A stretch of DNA of 64,000 nt, taken from Chitinophaga pinensis (GTDB lineage: Bacteria; Bacteroidota; Bacteroidia; UKL13-3). Shown here in pieces: positions 50,237-59,380 of the stretch. The notes below the pieces were generated by a model. It had not been told where the DNA came from. It saw only the letters and a list, made by a program, of their open reading frames with translations, and searched no databases. A program made the position numbers and the translations under genes. Position 1 is the stretch's first letter. The number at the start of each line of letters is the position of its first letter. Location: assembly GCA_945860865.1 (NCBI GenBank), contig CAMARW010000005.1, positions 4,364 to 68,363 on the forward strand, in the 5' to 3' direction.

Positions 50237-50244
50237 TATGTTTG
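50237..50244 (+). promoter_or_regulatory. -7 promoter box (TATGTTTG)
   Basis: TAnnTTTG 21 nt before the lipoprotein ATG. Confidence 0.5.
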
Positions 50245-50265
50245 ATAGTAATTAAAAATATAACT

Positions 50266-50997
50266 ATGAAACAATCATTTTATCTCATTGCCTTTACCCT
50301 TGTTCTTTTTGCTGCTTGTAAAAAAGATAATCCAACTCCAGTTGATAATAATAACAACGGAGGTGGGCAGTTACTTTGTAAGTACGATACGGTTTATTCA
50401 TCGCAACCAGGAACTGTAATTTATGCGTATGATGATAAAGATAGAATTGCGAAAATTACCCGCATACTAGATGGGAAAGAAACAATAAGTAGCTTTGCCT
50501 ACACAGCAAATAAGGTTGTTATGCAAAGTGATGATCAAACAAATCAGTATTTTCTAAATAAAAATGGTTTTGCAGATACTGTTTTAATGGATTTTAAAAG
50601 TTTCGGAAATATTCAAGTTTACTATACCTATAACAGCCAAAATCAAATTGTAAAACAAATACAGGAAATGGAAATAGGAGGGAATGAGCTGTATTTAGAA
50701 ATAGAAAATACTTATTTAAACGGAAATATTAGTTCGAGTAAAATACTATTTGATGGCGATGAATCTATTAGGGTTAATGAATATCACCTTGATAAACAAA
50801 ATAGCCTGAAGGATATGGATTACAAAATTCAATTTATTCCTTCTAATCAAAATTTGATGAAAGCCAGTTATTTGGATGGTAATTTAACCCAAAGTTTTAT
50901 ATACCAATTCGATAGTCAAAATAGAATAAAATCATTTAAAATTATCGATTCGGAAGGTAAAGAGCAAATAAATTCTATTGTTTGGAAATGTAAATAG
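50266..50997 (+). CDS. Lipoprotein with YD-like beta repeats
   Basis: Lipobox FAAC followed by KKDN, repeats such as YAYDDKDR / YTYNSQNQ / YQFDSQNR. Confidence 0.8.
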   Translation: MKQSFYLIAFTLVLFAACKKDNPTPVDNNNNGGGQLLCKYDTVYSSQPGTVIYAYDDKDRIAKITRILDGKETISSFAYTANKVVMQSDDQTNQYFLNKNGFADTVLMDFKSFGNIQVYYTYNSQNQIVKQIQEMEIGGNELYLEIENTYLNGNISSSKILFDGDESIRVNEYHLDKQNSLKDMDYKIQFIPSNQNLMKASYLDGNLTQSFIYQFDSQNRIKSFKIIDSEGKEQINSIVWKCK

Positions 50998-51087
50998 AAA
51001 TTTATTAAATGATAGCTTGTCTTGAGTTTATCATACTGCCGAAAAACTGGGTGCGTCCTATTTTATTGTACTCAAATTTGATAATAT

Positions 51088-51119
51088 AAAAAAAGCCTTC
51101 TCTGAGTGGAGAAGGCTTT
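51088..51119 (-). terminator. Rho-independent terminator (possibly bidirectional)
   Basis: A7-GCCTTCTC-tgagtg-GAGAAGGC-TTT. Confidence 0.85.
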
Positions 51120-51294
51120 ACGTTTTTACAAACGATTTTATGAGTTAATGAATGTGTTAAATGAATTGTATCAATTTTACACACGCAATTAAATAAAATT
51201 TATAAATATAAACAATGTTGTACATTAATTATTTTTATGTTTAAAAGGACATGGGTTTACCAAACTGTATAAATAAAAGCCATAAATAGTTTAT

Positions 51295-52230
51295 TTAAGC
51301 TGGTGCTTTTTCTGTTTCTGATGTTCCCCAAGCGGCTAATTCGCTCTCACTCCAAAGTTCTGGGAAGTAGATGCGTCTTTGAAAAGCTGGATGCAAATAC
51401 TTTTCCCAATGACTGCCACCAGTAGCTGTTTTGGTTTCACCTTTAGATTTTAAATAGGTTCTAGCTGTTTCCAAATGCACCATTGGCCAATCTATATTAT
51501 ATTTTCTATCAAATGCACGTAAGGCTTCTACCAAAGCAGTTTTGCCTGCCTCATCCAATTTAGGCAGCATGCTTTTGTATCGCTGGTTAAGGTTTAACGT
51601 TTGCATTTGTTCGGCAGTTTGAACAAATAATGGCATATATTTTTGTTCAAAATCGGTGAGCGTTTTATTTTTCTTGTTGGTTTCTCTATTAAAACCAGCT
51701 TCTTGCCAATACAACAAACCAAATTTATCTTGCAAGCTAGTTTCTGGCTTCACATGATTTCTTAAATAGGCCGGAATTAATAAATCTACATCTGTGCACA
51801 TTAATTCGATGAACCTAAATTGTGCCGACTGAAAACCACTTGCTGGTGATAAACTCAACCTGAATTTATTATAATCCTCATAGCTCATGCCTTGGTTCAT
51901 AATGCTAAAAGAACTGCTGAGTAAATCGGTATAACGTACCATTCTATATAATTTCTCAACAAACAAATTAGGTTCTATTTCGCTTAAGCACAATTGGTCT
52001 AATTCATGTCTAATAAGCTTTAAAACCAATTCTGTAATTTGGTGGTAAACAATAAAAATGGTTTCGTCTTTAAAATCTGTTCTTGGATTTTGTAAGGTAA
52101 GCAAGGTGTCTACCATCACATATTCCCAATAGTTTATAGCTCTATTGTGTTTTAATCCCCTTAAATAGTTCTCTGGGTCCTGACCGTTTGCTATTAACTT
52201 ATCTTTTATTTCTTGTAAAATATCTTCCAT
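51295..52230 (-). CDS. kynA: Tryptophan 2,3-dioxygenase
   Basis: YWEY..DTLLTLQ, DETIFIVYHQITEL, PASGFQSAQFR, ATGGS, FPELW. Confidence 0.9.
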   Translation of the reverse strand: MEDILQEIKDKLIANGQDPENYLRGLKHNRAINYWEYVMVDTLLTLQNPRTDFKDETIFIVYHQITELVLKLIRHELDQLCLSEIEPNLFVEKLYRMVRYTDLLSSSFSIMNQGMSYEDYNKFRLSLSPASGFQSAQFRFIELMCTDVDLLIPAYLRNHVKPETSLQDKFGLLYWQEAGFNRETNKKNKTLTDFEQKYMPLFVQTAEQMQTLNLNQRYKSMLPKLDEAGKTALVEALRAFDRKYNIDWPMVHLETARTYLKSKGETKTATGGSHWEKYLHPAFQRRIYFPELWSESELAAWGTSETEKAPA

Positions 52231-52319
52231 CTTCTTGTTTTTTGTGCATTAGTTTTGTGGCTCAAATATTCTACTTTATTTTCAATTGTTTGAACCTATT
52301 TATTATTTCGCATAAATTT

Positions 52320-52976
52320 TCATGGATTCTGGACTTTTGATTTATACTCATCATGCAGTCCGATGCTGGCGTATATTTGATCTTTGTGTTTTTCAATACG
52401 CGCCAGGCGGGTGCTACTTTGCTTAGCTTGCGCAAAGTGAATCAAATACGCCCTTTGGCGACCAGGAGTAAGCGCTTCAAAAGCATTTTTAAAAAGCGGT
52501 TCCTTGTCAAAGCATTGAATCAACTCTTCTGGTATTATTTCTTTGTGCGGGGTAGGTGTAAGTTTTTTGCCCGATTTTTCAATCTCAATAGCTTCTCGTA
52601 TATACAGCGATAAAATTTTACCCAAGGCCTCAATCTCTTCTATTTTTACAAATTTTATAATTCTGCCTAGTTGAATATTTCCCTGTTGTTGCAGGAGTTT
52701 ATGCTCGTCTTTAAGCAAAGCACCTTTAAAAAAACTGAGATTGGCCGAGTGTTTTAGTGCATTTAAACTTGCAATATTTTTTCCCTCATAAGTATAAACG
52801 GGCACGCCCCATTTTATTTCTTCTGTAAGGCCACATGCTAAAACAATTTGCCGCAGGGTTTCTAATAGCTCTTGCCAAGGAATAACTTTGCATTGCGGAG
52901 TAGCACCATATTTACAGCGCATGCAGCCGTCTACCATGTATTTGTCTACAAGCGGATTGAAAACTAATTGAGTCAT
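52320..52976 (-). CDS. YdeI/OmpD-associated family protein (DUF1801 + YdeI)
   Basis: EEIKWGVPVY, FFKGALLKD, ALTPGRQRAY, AKQSSTR..RIEK. Confidence 0.88.
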   Translation of the reverse strand: MTQLVFNPLVDKYMVDGCMRCKYGATPQCKVIPWQELLETLRQIVLACGLTEEIKWGVPVYTYEGKNIASLNALKHSANLSFFKGALLKDEHKLLQQQGNIQLGRIIKFVKIEEIEALGKILSLYIREAIEIEKSGKKLTPTPHKEIIPEELIQCFDKEPLFKNAFEALTPGRQRAYLIHFAQAKQSSTRLARIEKHKDQIYASIGLHDEYKSKVQNP

Positions 52977-53232
52977 ATTATTTTGAATTGGCAAGTTAAA
53001 ACAAAGGTGTAATAAAGTAAATACTTGCCAAATATATTGAAATTATTTTAAGCTAAATTGGTTCAGCAAGATGCATTTTTAATAGCTTAAATTAAATAAA
53101 TTTTTATAAATTTATATGAGTATGTTCGCCTATAGTTTAATTATTTTTTTCTACCCAAATTCAGTTAAATATTTAAAATTTAAAACATCATCTTGTTCAA
53201 AACATTTAAAGTTTGTTTGGGTTATTTAGTGT

Positions 53233-53502
53233 ATGACAATTCAAGATTTGGACAGGGTAATAGAAATGGCTTGGGAAGATAGAACTCCTTTTGAAGCCAT
53301 ACTTATGCAGTTTGGCCTGCGCGAATCTCAAGTAATTGATTTGATGCGAAAAGAATTAAAACGCAGCAGTTTTAATAGGTGGCGCAAAAGAGTAAATAGC
53401 GGAGTTAGTCAGAAACATTTGCACAAACGCAGCGATGAAATAGACCGTTTTAAATGTAGTAGACAAAGAAATATTACGCATAATAAAATAAGTAAACGTT
53501 AA
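53233..53502 (+). CDS. TIGR03643 / DUF2805 family protein
   Basis: RVIEMAWEDRTPFEAI..QFGL, SSFNRWRKRV. Confidence 0.9.
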   Translation: MTIQDLDRVIEMAWEDRTPFEAILMQFGLRESQVIDLMRKELKRSSFNRWRKRVNSGVSQKHLHKRSDEIDRFKCSRQRNITHNKISKR

Positions 53503-53505
53503 ATA

Positions 53506-54609
53506 ATGAACCACCGTTTTGAGCCCAATATAAACGCTGTTTTGGAGCGCGTAGATGCTATTGATCCTGTGGCTTATGCTAAAACTAGAAATTACTTAAA
53601 CGGGGCCGTAACGTATTTATCTCCTTACCTCTCGCGGGGCGTAATTAGCACCCAACAAGTATTGGAGCGTTTAGTAGCCAAAGGTCACTCAATTCATCAA
53701 ATGGAAGTTTTGGTAAAAGAGTTGGCATGGCGCGATTATTTTCAACGAGTTGGGCAGCACAAAGATTTGGGTTCCGACATTAAACAACGACAGGGAAAGC
53801 TCAATAATTATCAAATACCCATCGCCGTAGTTGCGGCTAAAACCGGCATAGAGGCCATTGATGCAGCCATTTTAGGTTTGTATCAAAATGGTTATATGCA
53901 CAACCACCTGCGCATGTATTTGGCTTCTGTTACTTGTAATGTGGCACAATCGCATTGGAAAATGCCCGCACAATGGCTTTACTACCACTTATTAGATGGC
54001 GATTTTGCAAGCAATATATGCAGTTGGCAATGGGTTGCTGGCGCCAATAGCAGCAAATTGTATTTTGCCAATCAAGAAAATATCAATACGTATACGCAAT
54101 CTAAACAACGCAATACTTTCTTAGATTGCTCTTACGAAGACCTTCCAGATTTAAATGTGCCAGCGGCGTTAATACCACTTCAAAACATAGATTACCAAAC
54201 GGTTTTGCCACCTACAGATGTGCTTCAAATAAATCCCAATTTGCCCACCTTGGTATATAATTATTATAACCTCGATCCTAATTGGCATGCCACAGAAAAC
54301 GCCAATCGAATTTTATTAATTGAGCCTAGTCTGTTTCAAAAATTTCCGGTTGCGCCCCATTGCATGGCGTTTATGCTACAACTAGCTTCCCAAATTGAAG
54401 GCGTGCAAATACATGTTGGTAGTTTTCAATCTTTGCTGAACCTATGCGGTGGCATTAATGTGTTTTTTAAAGAACATCCGCTTAATGTGGGTTATGTGGG
54501 TGTGGAAGAAAGCAGAGATTGGTTGGTGCCCAATGTAAGTGGATATTTACCCTCGTTTTTTGCCTATTGGAACAAAATTAGTAAGCCGCTTTACGCGCAA
54601 TATAAGTAG
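53506..54609 (+). CDS. Photolyase-family protein with inverted domain order (NewPHL-like)
   Basis: Starts with catalytic-domain motifs YAKTRN, LSPYL, WRDY, GYMHNHLRM, LLDGDFASN..SWQW; alpha/beta-like segment at C-terminus ending PSFFAYW. Confidence 0.8.
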   Translation: MNHRFEPNINAVLERVDAIDPVAYAKTRNYLNGAVTYLSPYLSRGVISTQQVLERLVAKGHSIHQMEVLVKELAWRDYFQRVGQHKDLGSDIKQRQGKLNNYQIPIAVVAAKTGIEAIDAAILGLYQNGYMHNHLRMYLASVTCNVAQSHWKMPAQWLYYHLLDGDFASNICSWQWVAGANSSKLYFANQENINTYTQSKQRNTFLDCSYEDLPDLNVPAALIPLQNIDYQTVLPPTDVLQINPNLPTLVYNYYNLDPNWHATENANRILLIEPSLFQKFPVAPHCMAFMLQLASQIEGVQIHVGSFQSLLNLCGGINVFFKEHPLNVGYVGVEESRDWLVPNVSGYLPSFFAYWNKISKPLYAQYK

Positions 54610-54612
54610 CCA

Positions 54613-56109
54613 ATGTTCAAAGAAGATATTGCAGTTGTTTGGTTTAAAAGAGACCTTCGGCTTTTAGACCATGAGCCGCTGTTTTTGGCCCAACAATCTA
54701 AATTGCCCGTTTTATTGCTCTACTGTTTTGAACCTAGCATTATGCAATACCCCGATAGCGATGTGCGCCATTGGCGGTTTGTTTACCAATCTTTGCAAGC
54801 CATGCAGCAAAATTTGCAGCCCTTTAATACCCAATTGTATGTTTTCCACCAAGAGGCTTATTGGGTTTTTCAGCAACTTCAGGAGCGTTATCAAATAAAG
54901 CAAGTGTTCTCTTACCAAGAGGTGGGCACGCAAATTACATACAACAGAGATCTAGCTTTGGCAGCATTTTTTGGTTCGAACCAAATACGCTGGAAAGAGT
55001 GCCGATTAAATGGGGTAGTGCGCAAGTTAAAAAACAGAAAAACTTGGCAACAACGTTGGGAAAAAACCATGCTTGCTCCCGTGTTTAAAGTCGCTATGTC
55101 GGACATGCCTTTTTTAAATTTGGACACAAATTGGTATGCGGCACGTGTAGGTTCAGACCTGCCCCAAGCAATTAAAGAGGGCAACCCCGTGTTTCAGGTG
55201 GGGGGCGAACCAATGGCTTGGCGGTATTTAAACAGCTTTTTAAATGAAAGGCATGTGAACTATTCTAAGCATATTTCTAAACCAGCTCTAAGCAGAACGG
55301 GTTGCAGCAGGATTTCGCCCTATCTTACTTATGGTAATTTGAGTATGCGATTGGTTTATCAGGCTACTATTAAACAATATGCAGGTTCTAAAAACAAACG
55401 CGCCCTTAGCAATTTTATGTCGCGCTTACACTGGCATTGCCATTTTATGCAGAAGTTTGAAGATGAAATGCGTATGGAGTTTGAACCGGTAAATAGGGCG
55501 TATGAAGCTTTAAACAAACCCAAGAATGAACAATTTATTGAGGCTTTTGAAAACGGACAAACAGGCATTCCTATTATAGATGCTAATATTCAATGTTTGG
55601 TTCAAACCGGATATATTAACTTTAGGATGCGGGCTATGTTGGTTTCGTTTTTTGTATATAACCTTTGGCAAGATTGGCGCGATTTACATTTCTTAGCGCG
55701 TAATTTTTTAGACTATGAGCCCGGCATTCATTACCCTCAAATACAAATGCAAGCAGGATTAACGGGTGTAAATACCATTAGAATGTATAACCCAATTAAA
55801 AATAGTTATAGTCATGATGAAGAAGGATTGTTCATTAAAAAATGGTTGCCCGTATTGGCTAATTTACCAACATCACTCATTCATGAGCCTTGGAAAATGA
55901 CACAAATGGATCAACGTTTTTATGGCGTACAAATTGGGAAAGATTATCCTGCGCCCATTATAGCAATGGAGGCGAGCAGAAAGGTTGCCAGTGATGTAAT
56001 GTATGGCTTCCGCAAGGGAGGATCATCATCTGACCATGAGTTAGCTAAAGCCGAAGGCAAGCGCATCCTAGCCAAGCACACCTCCGCCTCGCCCCGCAAG
56101 GGCGGATGA
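54613..56109 (+). CDS. Cryptochrome/photolyase family protein
   Basis: [46 protein letters not shown]. Confidence 0.92.
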   Translation: MFKEDIAVVWFKRDLRLLDHEPLFLAQQSKLPVLLLYCFEPSIMQYPDSDVRHWRFVYQSLQAMQQNLQPFNTQLYVFHQEAYWVFQQLQERYQIKQVFSYQEVGTQITYNRDLALAAFFGSNQIRWKECRLNGVVRKLKNRKTWQQRWEKTMLAPVFKVAMSDMPFLNLDTNWYAARVGSDLPQAIKEGNPVFQVGGEPMAWRYLNSFLNERHVNYSKHISKPALSRTGCSRISPYLTYGNLSMRLVYQATIKQYAGSKNKRALSNFMSRLHWHCHFMQKFEDEMRMEFEPVNRAYEALNKPKNEQFIEAFENGQTGIPIIDANIQCLVQTGYINFRMRAMLVSFFVYNLWQDWRDLHFLARNFLDYEPGIHYPQIQMQAGLTGVNTIRMYNPIKNSYSHDEEGLFIKKWLPVLANLPTSLIHEPWKMTQMDQRFYGVQIGKDYPAPIIAMEASRKVASDVMYGFRKGGSSSDHELAKAEGKRILAKHTSASPRKGG

Positions 56110-56119
56110 TCATCCGCCC
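56095..56119. repeat. REP-like palindrome overlapping stop codon; degenerate direct copy at 56011-56035
   Basis: Perfect 20-bp palindrome GGGCGGATGATCATCCGCCC (56100-56119); same arms as the repeats at 34681-34777. Confidence 0.75.
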
Positions 56120-56137
56120 GAATTCGCAAACAAATAC

Positions 56138-56281
56138 ATGAAAAAACAAAACTTACCAATCAAAATCTGTTTAACCTGCAACAGGCCATATACGTGGCGC
56201 AAGAAATGGGAGAAGGTATGGGATAAGGTGAAATATTGTAGTAAAAAATGTAGTTCGAACCGAAATAAAATAAAAGCATGA
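56138..56281 (+). CDS. DUF2256 small Cys-rich protein (47 aa)
   Basis: Not in ORF track. MKKQNLPIKICLTCNRPYTWRKKWEKVWDKVKYCSKKCSSNRNKIKA; ATGA overlap with next gene. Confidence 0.9.
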   Translation: MKKQNLPIKICLTCNRPYTWRKKWEKVWDKVKYCSKKCSSNRNKIKA

Positions 56282-57753
56282 TAGGACTGGTATTTCCGAA
56301 TCAATTGTTTGAGCATAGTAAGCTCATTGATACTTGCAAAAAGATATATGTGATAGAAGAATATTTGTTCTTTAAACAATATGCTTTTCACAAGCAAAAG
56401 CTCGCTTTTCATAGGGCCAGTATGCAGTTTTATGTATCGTATTTATTGGCCCAAAACAAGGAAGTTGTTTATATAGATGCCCAGCATTTAGAGAGTGATA
56501 TTAGGCATTTTGTGGCGGCCCGCGCGCAAGAGCAGTGTAGCGAATTATGTTTAATAGATCCTACTGATAATTATTTAGCAAGACGCTTAAACAGCGCTGC
56601 CCAAAAACACCAAATAGCATTGGTTCAGCATGTTTCTCCTTTATTTATGAATACGCAGGAGGAGAACCAAGCTTTTTTTGCGGGCAAGAAGAGGATGTTT
56701 CAAACAGATTTTTACATGCAGCAGCGCAAAAAAGGCAAAATTTTGCTTGATGGCGTGGGCAAACCATTGGGCGGAAAATGGTCTTTTGACGAAGAAAATC
56801 GCCTAAAATACCCCAAAGATAAAACGCCGCCAACAACTCATTTTTTAGCGCCCAATGCTTTTTACCAAGAAGCCATAAAATACGTAAATACGCATTTTGC
56901 CAATAACCCAGGTTACCTGCAATTAAATACATTTTACCCTTGCACATTTGAAGAAAGCAAGCAATGGTTGCAAGATTTTTTGGTGCATAGATTTGCAGAA
57001 TTTGGTCCTTACGAAGATTCCCTCGTTTCCAAAGAATTGGTTTTAAATCATAGTTTAATCAGTCCGCTTTTAAATGCAGGTTTATTGTCGGTAGATAAAG
57101 TGATAGCCACAGCTGTAAAATTTGCAGAAGCGCACTCGGTACCGCTTAATTCATTGGAAGGATTTGTGCGCCAAATAATAGGGTGGAGGGAGTTTATTAG
57201 AGCCGTTTACGAGCAGGTTGGAACCATAGAACGAACCGAAAATTATTGGGGATTTACCCGAAAAATTCCTGCTTCCTTTTACACAGGCACCACTGGCATT
57301 GAACCCATAGATAACTCCATAAAAAAAGTGATAAAACATGGTTATGCGCACCACATAGAACGCTTAATGGTATTGGGTAACTTTATGTTGTTATGTGAGT
57401 TCGATCCAGATGAGGTATATAGGTGGTTTATGGAGATGTTTATAGATGCATATGATTGGGTAATGGTGCCCAATGTATATGGTATGAGTCAGTTTGCCGA
57501 TGGCGGCTTAATGGCTACAAAACCCTATATAAGCGGAAGCAATTACTTGATGAAAATGGGCGATTATAAAAAGGGAGAATGGCAACCTATTTGGGATGGA
57601 TTGTTTTGGCATTTTATGGATAAGCAAAGAGCCTTTTTTCTCCAAAATCCACGCCTCGGTATGCTAATTAGAACCTTTGATAAAATGGCTCCAGAGAAAC
57701 GCGTGCAGCACCTGCTTACGGCACAAAAATATTTGGATAGCTTAGCAGACTAA
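56278..57753 (+). CDS. Bacterial (6-4) photolyase-like protein, PhrB/CryB (DPRP) family
   Basis: LVFPNQLF, HKQKL..HRASM, GGKWSFDEENR, EGFVRQIIGWREF, GYAHHIERLM, DAYDWVM.PNV, KPYISGSNY. Confidence 0.9.
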   Translation: MIGLVFPNQLFEHSKLIDTCKKIYVIEEYLFFKQYAFHKQKLAFHRASMQFYVSYLLAQNKEVVYIDAQHLESDIRHFVAARAQEQCSELCLIDPTDNYLARRLNSAAQKHQIALVQHVSPLFMNTQEENQAFFAGKKRMFQTDFYMQQRKKGKILLDGVGKPLGGKWSFDEENRLKYPKDKTPPTTHFLAPNAFYQEAIKYVNTHFANNPGYLQLNTFYPCTFEESKQWLQDFLVHRFAEFGPYEDSLVSKELVLNHSLISPLLNAGLLSVDKVIATAVKFAEAHSVPLNSLEGFVRQIIGWREFIRAVYEQVGTIERTENYWGFTRKIPASFYTGTTGIEPIDNSIKKVIKHGYAHHIERLMVLGNFMLLCEFDPDEVYRWFMEMFIDAYDWVMVPNVYGMSQFADGGLMATKPYISGSNYLMKMGDYKKGEWQPIWDGLFWHFMDKQRAFFLQNPRLGMLIRTFDKMAPEKRVQHLLTAQKYLDSLAD

Positions 57754-58424
57754 AACCCTTTTTGAGGTTTTTGATACTTCTCTTTCAAAAGCGATTTACG
57801 CATGCCGCGTACTGATTCTAAAGGTGCTTTATCTATAAATAAATTAATAAGCCAAAGGGGAATAACCCCTCCAGGGTCTACTGCAATGATGTATTCGGCC
57901 TTACACAGTTTTGGATTTATTTGGGTTATGTGCCACTTAGCTTTCATAAATGGCACGCGAACAAAACCCTTTTTATGGGGTAAAAACTGAGCCTCACTAT
58001 TGGCGTATATAAAAAATTCTCCTACAGTTTTACTAGGTTCAACCCGCTGCCTAAAAGCGCCATCTCTATTCTCAAAGGGCCAGGGCACATACAATTCTTG
58101 GTAATAAATTTGTTCGAACCTATTTATTTTCTGCAATACATTCGATTGTTTACACCCAAATTGATAAGCCGCTTGCTCAGGTATATCTGTAATTAGCTGC
58201 ACCAATGTTTGTGCACTACACTCAAACTCGGCAATAGTCTTTAATTCTTTAATTGCCAATCCCGGGTAAGTGCGCACGTATACCTGGATTTGCTCTATGT
58301 TTTTTGATAGCTGCCAAGAGATTTGGGCCGTTGCCTGTTTTGATGAGAAAGGAAGAAATAACATTGCCATTAAGGAAAATTTTAGCCACCTCAAAATGTC
58401 AGTATTAAAGGATTTGTTTGTCAA
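57750..58424 (-). CDS. START-like lipid-binding domain protein
   Basis: Signal peptide, WQLSK, VPWPFENRD, VDPGGVIPLWLIN. Confidence 0.85.
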   Translation of the reverse strand: MTNKSFNTDILRWLKFSLMAMLFLPFSSKQATAQISWQLSKNIEQIQVYVRTYPGLAIKELKTIAEFECSAQTLVQLITDIPEQAAYQFGCKQSNVLQKINRFEQIYYQELYVPWPFENRDGAFRQRVEPSKTVGEFFIYANSEAQFLPHKKGFVRVPFMKAKWHITQINPKLCKAEYIIAVDPGGVIPLWLINLFIDKAPLESVRGMRKSLLKEKYQKPQKGF

Positions 58425-58666
58425 TATCTATTTAAATTAATACTGCAAATTAAGGTTATTACGAGGTTTTTTGTTTAGATTTAAAATGTTGGGCGCTATT
58501 TATTTTCATTTCCTGTAAATTAGAATTACAAATAAAAAAGGGTTGATTAGGTTAAATGATTTTCAATAAAATTTGTTTGGATATTTTCATTTAAACGCAA
58601 AAACGCTTGTCGCCAAAACCAAACAATACTTACTCGGTATTGTTGTTGTTATTGGAGTACTAACAA

Positions 58667-59380
58667 ATGGAAAAAACATTTTTGAGAGCAGATTGGGAAC
58701 ACCTAGTTATGGCAAATTACCGGGTAGATCCCAGTATGCTAGAGCCTTATTTACCGCATGGTGTGGAGCTAGATTATTTTAATGGCTCAGCCTATGTAAG
58801 TTTGGTTGGATTTATGTTTAAAAAAACAAGTTTATTCCATATTCCTATTCCGTTTTTTGGGTCTTTTGAAGAGATAAACCTTAGGTTTTATGTAAAGAGA
58901 ATAGACGGCAAAAAAATTAAAAAAGGAGTGGTCTTTATCAATGAAACAGTTCCCTTTAAAATAGTAGCCATTTTAGCAAACATCCTTTACAAAGAGCACT
59001 ATATATCTATCCCAACCCGCCATTCAATTGATTTGTCAGAAAATGTTAACATAAAATATGAATGGAAAATCAATCATAAATGGAATGCTATCTCATTTTT
59101 ATGTGCCACCGAAAAACATAAAATAGAACAAAACTCCATAGAGGAATTTATTTTTGAACGTTATTTTGGATTCACAAAACTAGACAAAAATAACTCGCAA
59201 GAATTTAGGATTAACCACCCCAAATGGCTAACTCAAAAAATAATAAAATGTGATATCAACTGCGATTTTACAGCCATGTACGGATCATCTTTTGCCGGCC
59301 TGAACCAACAAAAACCAGATTCAATCCTTTTTGCAAATGGATCATCTGTATCTGTAAATTGGAAACGGAATAAATTTTAA
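58667..59380 (+). CDS. YqjF / DUF2071 family protein
   Basis: FLRADWEHLVMANY, YVSLVGFMF, FEEINLRFYV, EFRINHPKW. Confidence 0.88.
   Translation: MEKTFLRADWEHLVMANYRVDPSMLEPYLPHGVELDYFNGSAYVSLVGFMFKKTSLFHIPIPFFGSFEEINLRFYVKRIDGKKIKKGVVFINETVPFKIVAILANILYKEHYISIPTRHSIDLSENVNIKYEWKINHKWNAISFLCATEKHKIEQNSIEEFIFERYFGFTKLDKNNSQEFRINHPKWLTQKIIKCDINCDFTAMYGSSFAGLNQQKPDSILFANGSSVSVNWKRNKF

Noticed and set aside
52230..52320. Possible att direct repeat of the mnmE 3' end
   Set aside because: Only a 7-nt match (CTACTTT) found, within chance expectation
56110..56412. 100-aa minus-strand ORF
   Set aside because: Antisense shadow of DUF2256 and the PhrB-like gene
58573..58782. 69-aa ORF upstream of and overlapping the YqjF gene
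   Set aside because: TTG start, large out-of-frame overlap, no recognisable family
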